A stretch of DNA of 44,765 nt from a virus. Its lineage: Duplodnaviria; Caudoviricetes. Position 1 is the stretch's first letter. Each line of letters begins with the position of its first letter. The notes below the pieces were generated by a model. The model was not told the DNA's origin, made no database searches, and saw only the letters and a program-made list of their open reading frames with translations. The stretch spans positions 1 through 44,765 of IMG/VR virus record IMGVR_UViG_3300048610_000028; one strand, 5' to 3'. Below, one piece after another: positions 23,675 through 33,680 of the stretch. The position numbers were made by a program, and so were the translations under genes.

Positions 23675-25429
23675 GTGGCTGCCGAAGAACTGTTCAGCGC
23701 CCCCTCAGATCTCACCCTCGTCGGCGATGACGAACTCGCCGAACTCGAAGCACGCGGAACGCAGGAGTTCGACCGCGTCTCCGCGATCGACGACGTCGAC
23801 CCCGAAACCCTCCAGTACGCCATGCGTTTGACGGACGACCTCGACCGCCTGCGCGCCGAGCTCTCCGTCCGCGAGGTCCGCGCCGAACGCAACGCGGAGA
23901 TCGCCCGCACCCGCACCGCCGAGCAGCTGACCGCGCTTCAGCAGCGCGTCCACGGCGAAACCCAGCCCGGCACCGGCGAACCGGCCGCCAGGGTTGACCC
24001 CGAGGCCATCGCCGCAGCGGCAGCCCGCGGCGTCACCGCAGGCATGGTCGCCCTCATGGGCGAGCGCCGCGGTGGCGGTGTCGACCCCGAGGCCCTCGCG
24101 CGTCGAGCCACCGCTTCGCTGTCGGAGACCGCGCAGCATGCACCGAAGCCGAATATGTCCCAGAAGCGTCTGGCGGTCACTGCGTCCGTGGACATCCCCG
24201 GTGTGGCGCACGGCGGTGAACTCTCGTCGCTGTCCGCGCTGTCGGATGTGGTGTCCCGCAAGGCCAAGAGCATGCCGGTCACCCGGAACAACCCGAACCA
24301 CCAGCTGGTCGCGTCGATCCGCAACGAGTTCGAGCACACCCTCGACGACCGCACATCCCCGGCGCAGGTCAAGGAACTGATCGAGTACCTCACGGCACCG
24401 GACAAGCAGCAGGCTCTCGTAGCGGGTGGTGGCTGGTGCGCGCCCAGCGAGATCCGCTACGACTTCTTCAACATCGCCTGCGTGTCCGGCATGATCGACC
24501 TGCCGACGTTCGGTGTGACCAGGGGAGGCATTCAGTTCCCCGTCTCCCCGAGCCTCGCGGACACCGTCAACAGCATCGCGTTCGGCGGATTCGCCGTCAC
24601 CTTCGACAACGCCTCCGTGCCGTGGCTGTGGACCGAAGGCGACGACGAAGCCACCGTCACCGGCTCCCCCAACAAGCCCTGCGTCAGGGTGCCGTGCCCG
24701 ACCTTCTCCGAGGAGAGGCTGGACTGCTACGGCATCTGCCTCACCGCGGGCAACCTCACCGACGACGCCTACCCCGAGGCGACGCAGCACATGCTGCGCC
24801 TGCTGATGGCCGCGCACCAGCACGCCATCAACGCTCGTCTGATCTCGCTGATGGTCGCCGACTCCACCGCCGCCATCACCATCACCGGCGGTGCAGACAC
24901 CGACGCCGCGGCACCGCGCATCTTCAATGCCGTCGGGATGGCTGCCACCGACTACCGCGAGCGGTTCGGGATGTGCATCGAAGACATCCTCGAAGTCGTG
25001 CTGCCCTCCTGGGTCCGTGAAGTGATCCGAGCTGACCTGGCATGGAAGGCCGGAGTCGAGATGATGGAGGTCACCAACGACCAGGTGAACATGTTCTTCA
25101 CCTCCCGCAACGTGCGCCCGCAGTGGGTCGATGACTGGCAGGTGCGCGGCGCCTCGCAGTTCGGTAACGCCACGGCGCTGACCGCCTGGCCGACCACCGT
25201 CGACTTCCTCATCTACGCGGCCGGGACCTTCCTCCACGGCAACGGCATGAGCCTGGACCTCGGCGTGATCCGCGACTCCGTCCTCAATGCCGAGAACGAC
25301 CACACCGCGGCGTGGAGCGAGGAGTGCCATCTCATCGCCCGGGTCGGCCACGAGTCCCGGCGCTACACCGTGCCGTTCAACGTCAACGGCTCCACCTCGG
25401 CGCTGCTGACCGGCACCGAGCGCGTCTGA
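23675..25429 (+). CDS. major capsid (hexamer-type) protein with N-terminal scaffold-like coiled coil
   Basis: AAGGAGG SD plus GTG 23675; ALVAGGGWCAPSEIRYDF, IDLPTFGVTRGGIQFP, LDLGVIRDSVLNAEND. Confidence 0.88.
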   Translation: MAAEELFSAPSDLTLVGDDELAELEARGTQEFDRVSAIDDVDPETLQYAMRLTDDLDRLRAELSVREVRAERNAEIARTRTAEQLTALQQRVHGETQPGTGEPAARVDPEAIAAAAARGVTAGMVALMGERRGGGVDPEALARRATASLSETAQHAPKPNMSQKRLAVTASVDIPGVAHGGELSSLSALSDVVSRKAKSMPVTRNNPNHQLVASIRNEFEHTLDDRTSPAQVKELIEYLTAPDKQQALVAGGGWCAPSEIRYDFFNIACVSGMIDLPTFGVTRGGIQFPVSPSLADTVNSIAFGGFAVTFDNASVPWLWTEGDDEATVTGSPNKPCVRVPCPTFSEERLDCYGICLTAGNLTDDAYPEATQHMLRLLMAAHQHAINARLISLMVADSTAAITITGGADTDAAAPRIFNAVGMAATDYRERFGMCIEDILEVVLPSWVREVIRADLAWKAGVEMMEVTNDQVNMFFTSRNVRPQWVDDWQVRGASQFGNATALTAWPTTVDFLIYAAGTFLHGNGMSLDLGVIRDSVLNAENDHTAAWSEECHLIARVGHESRRYTVPFNVNGSTSALLTGTERV

Positions 25430-25468
25430 CCGGTGCCCACTACGAGTGCAGGAGGGTGGTGAGCGTCG

Positions 25469-26353
25469 GTGGCCGGAGCACGCCAGATCGTCGACCTGCC
25501 GACGTTCACCCTGCTCCCGTACGGGCTGTGGGACGCCGTCCAGAAACCGGCGGCGTCCAGCCCGCACTGGCAGCAGGGCATCACCTGGATCGAACGCTGC
25601 CCCGACGCGGGCAGCACCTACGACGAATGCCTCACCGTCACCGGAACCGGCGCACCCCCCGAACCCGCGCCCAAGGCCGACAACGTCGACCAAACCTTCC
25701 GCGGTGCGACGCCGTTCACGGTGTTCGCCGAGTTCGACTGCTCACCGGTCGGGCTCGGGGATGCGGCGACGGTAGCGGAGGACGCGCTCGCCCGCGTGGA
25801 GCAGCAGCAGGTAGAGGCAGCGTTCTGGACCGGCACCGCCGGCGGCCAGACCGTAGCGTTCCCGCACCTCGCGGCGGACGCTGAGGTGCTGGACGCGCAG
25901 GACATCGTGCTCCAGACCGCCGCCACGACCGCTGTCACCGGCGCCGATATCGCCCACGGCCTGGGCGAGCTGGAGGACCAGCTCGGCGACTGCTATGCCG
26001 GGCAGGGCATCATCCACGTCCCCCGCAGTGCCCTGCCCACCCTCGCCGCCTGGAAGCTCGCCAAGCCCGGCGAGGACGGGCGGCTGTACACGCCGGGCGG
26101 CAACCTCATCGTCGTCGGCGGCGGATACGCCGGCACCGCACCAGACGGCACCGCACCGGCTGCGGGCACCGCCTGGATCTATGCCACCGGCGCCGTGTTC
26201 GGCTACCGCAGTGCGGTGCGTATGCACTCGCCTCGGGAGTCCATCGACCGGGCCGAGAACACCATGCGAATGATCGCCGAACGCACCTACGTCCTCGGCT
26301 TCACCTGCTGCCACCTCGCGGCCCACATCACGCTCGGCGTGCCTGTCACTTAG
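25469..26353 (+). CDS. capsid pentamer-type / second capsid protein
   Basis: WQQGITW...PFTVFAEFDCSPVG...EQQQVEAAFWTG...GNLIVVGGGY...NTMRMIAERTY; directly after the hexamer-type gene. Confidence 0.7.
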   Translation: MAGARQIVDLPTFTLLPYGLWDAVQKPAASSPHWQQGITWIERCPDAGSTYDECLTVTGTGAPPEPAPKADNVDQTFRGATPFTVFAEFDCSPVGLGDAATVAEDALARVEQQQVEAAFWTGTAGGQTVAFPHLAADAEVLDAQDIVLQTAATTAVTGADIAHGLGELEDQLGDCYAGQGIIHVPRSALPTLAAWKLAKPGEDGRLYTPGGNLIVVGGGYAGTAPDGTAPAAGTAWIYATGAVFGYRSAVRMHSPRESIDRAENTMRMIAERTYVLGFTCCHLAAHITLGVPVT

Positions 26354-26362
26354 GGGAAAACA

Positions 26363-27040
26363 ATGGCTGCTACATCAACCTGCGTCGTCCCGATCAAGGG
26401 CACGCACTTCCGTATCGTCGCCCTCGACGTCTGCGGTATCCCCGTCACTGGCGCCGCAGGCCTCGTCGCGGTCACGAACAGCTTCGTGTCCGTGGAGAGC
26501 GAAGAGGAGTACGAGGATGGTGAGGAGTTCTTCGAGCGGAACGCTGCTGGCGGGGCGTGCGTGAACCAGAAGGACGACCCGACGCTCAAGCGGACTGTTC
26601 TGACGATCCAACTGTGCGAGATCAACGTGTCCGCCGTCTCCTACATCTTGTCGGCCCGGGAGCTCGTCACTGGAACGCCAACAACCGGGACTGGGTTCGC
26701 GCTGGCTGAGGGTCAGCCCACCAACCGGTTCTCGCTGGAGGTGTGGCAGGAGGTCGCCGGAGCCGGAGCCTGCGACGCGTCGGGCGCGCAGCGGTACATC
26801 TACAACGCCTGGCCGAACGTGGGCGCGGTGCAAAAGCAGGCGTACACGATCGAGCTGGGACGGTCCGCGCTGGAGTTCACGGCGGAAACACGGGGCGCGG
26901 CAGCGAACTGGGACACCCTGGTCGGCTCTGACTGGCTGCCTGCGGGTGAGTTCGTGGATACGGATGAGCACTGGGTGTGGAACGTGACTACGACCGCGCC
27001 GCCGACGGTGGCGTGTGACCCGACCACGCTCGCTGCGTAG
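26363..27040 (+). CDS. major tail (tube) protein
   Basis: IKGTHFRIVALDVCG...EYEDGEE...NAAGGACV...FSLEVW; size and position. Confidence 0.8.
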   Translation: MAATSTCVVPIKGTHFRIVALDVCGIPVTGAAGLVAVTNSFVSVESEEEYEDGEEFFERNAAGGACVNQKDDPTLKRTVLTIQLCEINVSAVSYILSARELVTGTPTTGTGFALAEGQPTNRFSLEVWQEVAGAGACDASGAQRYIYNAWPNVGAVQKQAYTIELGRSALEFTAETRGAAANWDTLVGSDWLPAGEFVDTDEHWVWNVTTTAPPTVACDPTTLAA

Positions 27041-27064
27041 GCATAGCCGGATTGGAGCAGCGCG

Positions 27065-28243
27065 GTGGCGCTCGCCCGATACACAGACCAGTTCTGGTTC
27101 CCCTCCAGCGCTCTCGCGGCCAATATTCAGGCGCGGGTGTTCCCGGAGGGGTCGAACACGCTCGCATCGCTTTTCACCGACTCCACCGGCAGCACGGCGC
27201 TTCCGAACCCTCTGGCCACCACATCCTCTGGTGTGCTGACGTTCTGGGCTGAGGCCGGGAACTACTGGGTCCACCTCGACAGCGAAACTTTCTTGGTCAC
27301 GGTGGGCATGTCACAGGAGCAGGCCGACCTGTCCACCGGCGTTGCCTCTGGTGGCAGGCTGTCCGTCAACGCCATGGATCCAGCAGCGGTCGACATCTCC
27401 GCCATGGACGGGTACATCGTCAACTATTTGGCGGGTACTCAGGCAGAACCTGTGATCACCCGGGTGAAGACAGTCGACCAGACGGTCTCGCTGGATGCCG
27501 CAGCGTTGCTGCGCACCGTGACCTGGTGGCTCGTCGATTCCAGCGGCAGCATCGTCCAGCAGGCGGCCAAGCCGACGAATCAGGAGTTCCGCACGCGCAT
27601 TGTGCTCGGTGTGACCGCTTTCGTCGGCGGGGCGATCGTCAACGTGCAGACGCTCCCGGTCATTCTCCCAGGCCAAGGGAATCAGCTGGTCGAGCTGATC
27701 GAGTCCCTCGGACCTTTCAACATCAGCGGCAACGCGATAACCGCGAACGGCGCGAATCTGATGCTGGACCATGACGCTGGCACCCTGTTCAGCCGGGCGT
27801 TCAACCACTTCGACGGCGCCACTTTGACCAACGACCCTCACGTGGCGACCACGACCGCGCAGTCTCCAGCGTCCTTCACCTACGCCACACAAGCCACCAC
27901 GACGTTCCCATCCCCGGTGACACTGGTAGACCCCGCGAACTTCGACTCGGGCGGAGTCATCACACCGGTCGGCGGAGGGTCAAACCGCTCCACCGTCCAG
28001 AGGATCTACCTTTTCCCCGTTGATACGACAGCCAACCAACTGCTGATCCTGTACGGGCAGGCCACATACGCGTCGCTGTCCGAAGCCGTGGCTGCTGTCA
28101 GCACAGAAGACTTCACGCCGAACCCGGCCGTCGGGGCCGGAGGCGTCTTCATCGCCTCCATCGCGCTCATCCGCACCGCAACCGACCTGTCCGACCCCGC
28201 GCAAGCCTCGATCGTCAGAGCCGGAAAATTCGCCATACCGTAG
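27065..28243 (+). CDS. virion structural protein (unknown)
   Basis: T/S/G/A-rich beta protein inside the structural operon. Confidence 0.65.
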   Translation: MALARYTDQFWFPSSALAANIQARVFPEGSNTLASLFTDSTGSTALPNPLATTSSGVLTFWAEAGNYWVHLDSETFLVTVGMSQEQADLSTGVASGGRLSVNAMDPAAVDISAMDGYIVNYLAGTQAEPVITRVKTVDQTVSLDAAALLRTVTWWLVDSSGSIVQQAAKPTNQEFRTRIVLGVTAFVGGAIVNVQTLPVILPGQGNQLVELIESLGPFNISGNAITANGANLMLDHDAGTLFSRAFNHFDGATLTNDPHVATTTAQSPASFTYATQATTTFPSPVTLVDPANFDSGGVITPVGGGSNRSTVQRIYLFPVDTTANQLLILYGQATYASLSEAVAAVSTEDFTPNPAVGAGGVFIASIALIRTATDLSDPAQASIVRAGKFAIP

Positions 28244-28255
28244 AAGGGGGTCAGC

Positions 28256-29095
28256 GTGCCGGTCATCAACCCCACACCGCAGGCTGTGCCGGGCGGCACC
28301 GCAGACACGACAGGCCCGTGCGCGGACTGGCCCGTGACGTGGACGTGCGATGTGGACACCCTGAATCCGGCGGTGACCGGGATCGCGGTGTCCATGGCCA
28401 CAGAGACGCTGTGGGCGATGACCGGCATGCGTTTCGGGGTCTGCGAAATCACCCTGCGGCCCTGTGCCCGTAGCTGTGATGACGGCCGTTTCTACGACGA
28501 CTTCGGTCCGCCGTGGCAAGCCGGCCGGGGGTGGCCGCAGCCTGCGCTGATCAACGGCTTGTGGTTCAACCTTGCCTGCGGCTCGTGCTCGGGTGACTGC
28601 TCATGCAGCACCGTGTCCGAGGTGCTGCTCCCGGCTCCGGTGAACACGGTCGTGGAAGTGCTGATCGACGGGACGCCGCTCGTGTCCGGGGCGTACCGGG
28701 TGGATAATCACCGGCTTCTGGTGCGCACGGATGGCGGCCTGTGGCCGACGTGCAACGACCTGTCGAAGGACGACACCGAGGTTGGCACATGGTCGGTGCG
28801 GGCGACGTACGGGGAGGCACTGCCAGATGGCACGTCACTCGCGGTGGGGCAGCTGGCATGTGAGATCGCGAGGGCGGCGGCCGGCGGGGACTGCAAGCTG
28901 CCTGCCGGGGTGCAGCAGCTGGTGCGGCAGGGTGTGACCATCTCCTACCCGGACGTCGGCGAACTGTTCCGGCAGGGGCGCACCGGGCTGTACCTGGTGG
29001 ACATGTTCGTCGCCACGTGGAATCCGTACGGGCTGCGGCAACGCTCGCGGGTGTACTCCGTGGACCGGCCGAGTGTGCGGAGGGCCGGTACGTGA
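28256..29095 (+). CDS. head-to-tail adaptor
   Basis: ATETLWAMTGMRFGVC...LRPC...LACEIARA...CKLP...LVRQGVTI...TGLYLVDMFV. Confidence 0.8.
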   Translation: MPVINPTPQAVPGGTADTTGPCADWPVTWTCDVDTLNPAVTGIAVSMATETLWAMTGMRFGVCEITLRPCARSCDDGRFYDDFGPPWQAGRGWPQPALINGLWFNLACGSCSGDCSCSTVSEVLLPAPVNTVVEVLIDGTPLVSGAYRVDNHRLLVRTDGGLWPTCNDLSKDDTEVGTWSVRATYGEALPDGTSLAVGQLACEIARAAAGGDCKLPAGVQQLVRQGVTISYPDVGELFRQGRTGLYLVDMFVATWNPYGLRQRSRVYSVDRPSVRRAGT

Positions 29096-29589
29096 TTACC
29101 GGCCCGCTCAAGTGGTACACCGTCGCCGAGCAGCTTCGGCAGGCGGTTCACGCCGAACTCACCACCACACCAGACCGATCCGGCGTAGTGCCCGGCGCGA
29201 TCGCGTGGGACGAATGCGACTGCGGCATCCTCGCCGTCAGCGTGGCTCAGGTCTACCTGTCCGAAACCTTCCCCGACCCGGCGAACAACAAGCTCGGCAA
29301 CTGCGACGCCCCGTATGAGGTCGCCGAAGTCGTGGTCCAGGTGGTGCGCTGCGCACCCAACCCTGAGGACCAACTGACCGCGCCGACCGTGGCCGAGCTG
29401 GACGCATCCGCGCAGGAGGTGCTGCGGGACGCGTACGAGATACTGCGCGCGACATCAATCAAGCTGTGCGAGATGAACGCGGCCCGCGACATCAGCGACT
29501 TCCTGCTGCGCCCACTGACCGCGCAGGGCCCATCCGGCGGATGCGTGGGTAACGAGCTACGCGCGTTCGTAGCGCTCGGCCGGAACTGA
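29092..29589 (+). CDS. tail terminator / head-tail joining protein
   Basis: GTGA coupling; IAWDECDCG...VVRCAP...QGPSGGCVG; position. Confidence 0.65.
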   Translation: MITGPLKWYTVAEQLRQAVHAELTTTPDRSGVVPGAIAWDECDCGILAVSVAQVYLSETFPDPANNKLGNCDAPYEVAEVVVQVVRCAPNPEDQLTAPTVAELDASAQEVLRDAYEILRATSIKLCEMNAARDISDFLLRPLTAQGPSGGCVGNELRAFVALGRN

Positions 29590-29594
29590 CGGAG

Positions 29595-29993
29595 GTGTCA
29601 GTGTTCACCGTGTCGACGAGCTTCACCCTCAACAGGTCCCGCATCGAGCGGTTGCTGCGCCTTCCCGGAGGGCTGGTGTACCGCAACATGACGCGACGGG
29701 TGCGCCGTGCCGAAGCTGAGGCGAAGCGTCTTGCGCCCACAGCCAGCGTGGCCCGACAGATCACCTCGTCGGTCGACCGCGGTCCTGGTGGAGAGTTCCG
29801 TGGCACGATCCGCAGCGGCCATCCCGCCAGCATCTACCTCATCAACGGCACGAGGCCTCACATCATTAGGCCAGTGCGGGCGCAGGCTCTCCGCTTCGTG
29901 GTCGGCGGTCGCGTGGTGTACGCGAAAGTCGTACATCATCCGGGTACACAAGCGCAGGACTATCTGCGGCCTGCGCTGCGGGCCGCGCTCTGA
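29595..29993 (+). CDS. neck protein (HK97 gp10-like)
   Basis: Basic; GTRPHIIRP...ALRF...VHHPGT...YLRPAL. Confidence 0.75.
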   Translation: MSVFTVSTSFTLNRSRIERLLRLPGGLVYRNMTRRVRRAEAEAKRLAPTASVARQITSSVDRGPGGEFRGTIRSGHPASIYLINGTRPHIIRPVRAQALRFVVGGRVVYAKVVHHPGTQAQDYLRPALRAAL

Positions 29994-29996
29994 ACC

Positions 29997-30029
29997 CCGG
30001 AATGATCTTGGCGGGTGGGTGCCTACCGT
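29997..30029 (+). promoter_or_regulatory. late-promoter-like motif copy 4, leaderless ATG 7 nt downstream
   Basis: CCGGAATGATCTT-N14-TACCGT-N7-ATG(30037). Confidence 0.8.
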
Positions 30030-30036
30030 CCACCAC

Positions 30037-30474
30037 ATGACGACACCCATCCGCGACTTCACCGAGAAGCACGAACGGCTCCTCTTCCGCATCGACGACG
30101 ACGTCTTCGAAGCCGCACGCGTCCTCCCCGGGAAAACCCTCGCCCGGTTCGCCTCCCGCTTTAGCGACATCGAAACCGCCACCGTCGACAAGCAATTGGA
30201 CGCGTTCGCTGACGCACTCAGCATGGTCCTCCTGCCCGAATCCAACAGCCGCTTCCAGAAGCGCCTGGAAGACCTGGAAAACCCCATCGGACTAGAGCAG
30301 GCGTCCAACGTCATCACCTGGCTCCTGGAGCACTACGGCATCCGCCCTACCCAGCCGTCCTCGCCCTCGTCCACTGGGCCAGCCAGCCCGGCGTCTGGCA
30401 CGAACTTGACGGACGCTGCGCAGCCGCAGGCGTCGATCCCGGCGACCTTCCAGCCGACCGCTTCCTCAACCTGA
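30037..30474 (+). CDS. tail assembly chaperone (short form)
   Basis: Directly upstream of the tape measure gene; ends in an S/P-rich tail after YGIRPT. Confidence 0.8.
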   Translation: MTTPIRDFTEKHERLLFRIDDDVFEAARVLPGKTLARFASRFSDIETATVDKQLDAFADALSMVLLPESNSRFQKRLEDLENPIGLEQASNVITWLLEHYGIRPTQPSSPSSTGPASPASGTNLTDAAQPQASIPATFQPTASST

Positions 30475-30704
30475 TCTACGCCGAAATGGTCCAGCGCCTC
30501 ACGGTACGCGACAACGAGAAACCCGAAACCGCGCGCAAACGGTTCGACGGGCAGCTCGGCGTACGCGCGTGGGCCACACCCGGCGGCGAGATACCCGAGT
30601 CGGATCCGCAGGAGACGCCTACTCCGTGGTGGTGGAGCAAGGCCGAGGCAGACCAATCCAGCCAGGCATTCATGGACATGGCCCGCGCGAAGGGGATGAT
30701 CTAG
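30345..30704 (+). CDS. tail assembly chaperone, -1 frameshift extension
   Basis: The -1 frame from CGC CCT AC reads PYPAVLALVHWA...DRFLNLIYAEMVQRL... open to 30704; no SD before ATG 30486. Confidence 0.65.
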   Translation, partial: PYPAVLALVHWASQPGVWHELDGRCAAAGVDPGDLPADRFLNLIYAEMVQRLTVRDNEKPETARKRFDGQLGVRAWATPGGEIPESDPQETPTPWWWSKAEADQSSQAFMDMARAKGMI

Positions 30705-33680
30705 GTGAGTACGCCGGCTGGTGATGGTCTGGTCGGTGACGCGACGATCCGTGTCGATGGCGATACCGACCCGGCGCTGCGCGCTCTGCGGCAGTTCTCC
30801 CGCGACGCCAATGGACAGCTTCGGGACCTGCGCGGCCGGTTCGCCTCCGAGTCCAACCTGATCACCCGGTCTCTGCGGGACATCGGCGACCAGGGCGGCA
30901 ACAGCATCACCAACGCCCTCGGATCGATCACCGGAGCCCTGGGCAGACTCGGCGGCGTAGCGGGCGGCGTCTTCTCAAGCCTGAACACAGGCCTGGTCGC
31001 GGTGTCCGCCGCGGGTGTGGCAACCGGGGCTGCGCTGGCGGTGTTGCCGCTGGCCTTCGCCGGGCTCGGCGCTTTCGCGCTGCGGGAGAACGAGAAGGTC
31101 AAGTCGGCCTTCGCCGACACGGCGGAAGAAGTGCAGTCCACGCTGGCCGATGCCGCGCAGCCACTCGTGCCGGTCTTCGTGAACATCGCCGGGCAACTGT
31201 CCGAAATCGTCCGCGACATCGCCCCGCAGCTGGGGCAGGCGTTCGAGGCGACCGCCCCTTTGCTGGAGCCCCTCGTGGCGTCCCTCGGCGCGATGGTGGA
31301 GAACCTGCTCCCCGGGATCATCTCCGCCACAGAGGCCGCGGGGCCTGCGGTTGAGGCTCTCGGGGCCGGGCTGGAGCAGATCGGCACGGGTATCTCAGGA
31401 TTCTTCGAAGGGCTTGCCTCGGGGGCGGAGGGCGGCGCGGCGGCGCTGGGCGCGATGCTGGGCGCGGTGGCCGGTCTGCTGCCGTTCCTAGGCCAGTTGC
31501 TCGGGTCCTTGGCGCAGATCGGCGGCCCGGTTCTCCAGACGCTGGTGCCCGCTTTCGGTCAGTTGGTGTCAGCCCTTGGGTCAGCTCTCGGTCCGGTGAT
31601 CACCGCACTGGGTCCTGTTTTGACGACGTTCGCTCAGATCATCGCCAGCGTCGTCACGGCCTTCGTCCCGGTCCTTCCCGTCATCGGGCAGCTCGCCTCT
31701 GCTCTGCTGTCGGCACTGGCACCGGCCCTGGCCACGATCGCACCCGCTTTCCAGCTGCTCGCGCCCGTCATCGCACAGATAGCCACGATCATCGGCTCCA
31801 CCCTGACCCCGGTGATTCAGGCGCTGCCGCTTCAGGAGCTGGCCACCACGCTGGCTAGCATCGCGACAGCAGTGCTTCCCGTCGTCGCCCAAGTCCTGGT
31901 AGCGCTCACCCCGGCCTTCGCGGCTTTGGGCATGGCCGTCGGACAGGTCTTGCAGGCTTTCGCTCCGCTGATCCCCGTGGTCGGCCAGCTGATCACCCAG
32001 CTGGTTACCGCGCTCGGCCCGTCGATCACCCAGCTCGCCATCTCCTTCTCACAGCTGATCGTCGCGATCACGCCGTTGATTGGTCTGATCGCGCAGGGCC
32101 TGGCCGCTGCGGTCCGTCTCCTGGTGCCAGTCTGGCGGGTCCTCATCCAGATCGTGGGCAGGGTCGTAGCCGTCCTGGCCGGGCAGTTGGCTGTGGCGAT
32201 CCGGACCATCGTCGTCCCCGCGGTCCGCGCCATCGTCTCTCTGCTGCGAGGCGACTTTTCAGGGGCGTGGAGACAAGCGAGAACAGCAGTTTCGAACGCG
32301 GACAAGTTCATCCGGAACGCCGTTACCAAATTGGGTAACGCGGTGATCAGGATTGCCAGCAGCCTGGCTCAGCGGGTACCCCAACTTTTCACGAGGCTGA
32401 ACATTTCCGCAGCCCGGATCTTTCAAGCGCTGGTCTCCAGGGGGATCAGGCTCTTCCTCCGCCTTCAGCTCGCTGTGGCCCGCGCGGTATCCCGCATGGC
32501 CTCATCCGCAGGACGGCTCTTCCTCCGCCTCCAGCTCACCGCCGTGAGGGCAATAGGAAGACTCGTCAGCTCCGTCACCTCCCGGCTCGGCAGACTGCCC
32601 GGAATAGCCGGGCGTGCCGTGAGTGGAGCGGTACGCGCCGTCACAGGTCTGGCAGGAGCGATGTTCCGTGCGGGTGCGTCGATCATCGGGAGTCTGATCG
32701 ACGGCATTCAGGGCAAGATCGGTGATGCGGTGGATGCGGTCAAGAGCGGTGTGCAGGGGATCCGGAACCTGCTGCCGGGCTCCCCCGCCAAGGAAGGCCC
32801 TTTGTCCGGCCGGGGATGGACTCTCTATAGCGGCCGGGCCATAAGCGAGGACCTCGCCAAAGGCATCACGCAACGCCAGTCGCTGGTGCAGCGGGCAATG
32901 CGGTCTGTCACCCAGAGCGTGCAGAGCAGTGTGCAGAGCACCGCGACCGGAGGCGCCACCTCTGCACGCGGCGGCAGCGCGGCAGGAACCCCCACGTCCG
33001 GGCGCCGTGCCAGCAGCGCACCCCGGGCACAGGGCGGCTACGGGGCGGCCGTGTCCGAGCTGCAACGGCTGGTGGACTCTGGCAGGTGGATGGAGCGGGG
33101 CTCTTTCCTCTTCGAGGACATCTCCTTCCAGGGCATGAGCAAGAATTTCGGCAGGCAGCAGATGAAAGTCGCTGACGGATTCTGGGATGCCGTCGCCGAG
33201 ATCAAGAAAGCGGTCCGGGCGAGGAAGGCTGTTTTCGAAGACATGACCTTTAGGGGCATGTCAGCGAACGTACGCCGCTTCCACGACATGATCGCGCAAA
33301 TCTGGAAGGGCAACCCGTACGGCCGGAACTTCGGCGACTGGGGGAACTTCGGCTCGTATGGCCGCTACGGCAAATACGCGGCTGGTGGCACCCCCGGCAA
33401 GGGCGAGATCGCCCTGGTCGGCGAACAAGGGCCAGAGCTGGTGGTGTTCGGCCAGGCCGCTCGCGTCTTCGACGCCGCCACCACACGGGCCATGCAGTTG
33501 GGTGTGAGCAGCATGCGCACCGGCGGACGCATCCCAACCACGGTGAACAACTACTACACGGTGAATCTCCAGAACCGCGGCGTGCTCGGTTCCCAGATGG
33601 AAGTCGAGAACTGGCTCGCGAAGTCCTTGGACCACCTCGACCGCACCGGGCGGCTACCCGCTTCCGTAGGGGGACGCTGA
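30705..33680 (+). CDS. tape measure protein
   Basis: 991 aa, A/L/G-rich amphipathic repeats; LLPGSPAKEGPLSG; YAAGG...ALVGEQGPELV. Confidence 0.92.
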   Translation: MSTPAGDGLVGDATIRVDGDTDPALRALRQFSRDANGQLRDLRGRFASESNLITRSLRDIGDQGGNSITNALGSITGALGRLGGVAGGVFSSLNTGLVAVSAAGVATGAALAVLPLAFAGLGAFALRENEKVKSAFADTAEEVQSTLADAAQPLVPVFVNIAGQLSEIVRDIAPQLGQAFEATAPLLEPLVASLGAMVENLLPGIISATEAAGPAVEALGAGLEQIGTGISGFFEGLASGAEGGAAALGAMLGAVAGLLPFLGQLLGSLAQIGGPVLQTLVPAFGQLVSALGSALGPVITALGPVLTTFAQIIASVVTAFVPVLPVIGQLASALLSALAPALATIAPAFQLLAPVIAQIATIIGSTLTPVIQALPLQELATTLASIATAVLPVVAQVLVALTPAFAALGMAVGQVLQAFAPLIPVVGQLITQLVTALGPSITQLAISFSQLIVAITPLIGLIAQGLAAAVRLLVPVWRVLIQIVGRVVAVLAGQLAVAIRTIVVPAVRAIVSLLRGDFSGAWRQARTAVSNADKFIRNAVTKLGNAVIRIASSLAQRVPQLFTRLNISAARIFQALVSRGIRLFLRLQLAVARAVSRMASSAGRLFLRLQLTAVRAIGRLVSSVTSRLGRLPGIAGRAVSGAVRAVTGLAGAMFRAGASIIGSLIDGIQGKIGDAVDAVKSGVQGIRNLLPGSPAKEGPLSGRGWTLYSGRAISEDLAKGITQRQSLVQRAMRSVTQSVQSSVQSTATGGATSARGGSAAGTPTSGRRASSAPRAQGGYGAAVSELQRLVDSGRWMERGSFLFEDISFQGMSKNFGRQQMKVADGFWDAVAEIKKAVRARKAVFEDMTFRGMSANVRRFHDMIAQIWKGNPYGRNFGDWGNFGSYGRYGKYAAGGTPGKGEIALVGEQGPELVVFGQAARVFDAATTRAMQLGVSSMRTGGRIPTTVNNYYTVNLQNRGVLGSQMEVENWLAKSLDHLDRTGRLPASVGGR

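Noticed and set aside
23705-25693. Long antisense ORFs (e.g. 662 aa opposite the capsid gene) and many other overlapping ORFs in the track
   Set aside because: Shadow ORFs expected in high-GC DNA; they mirror well-supported genes and have no motifs or SD sites.
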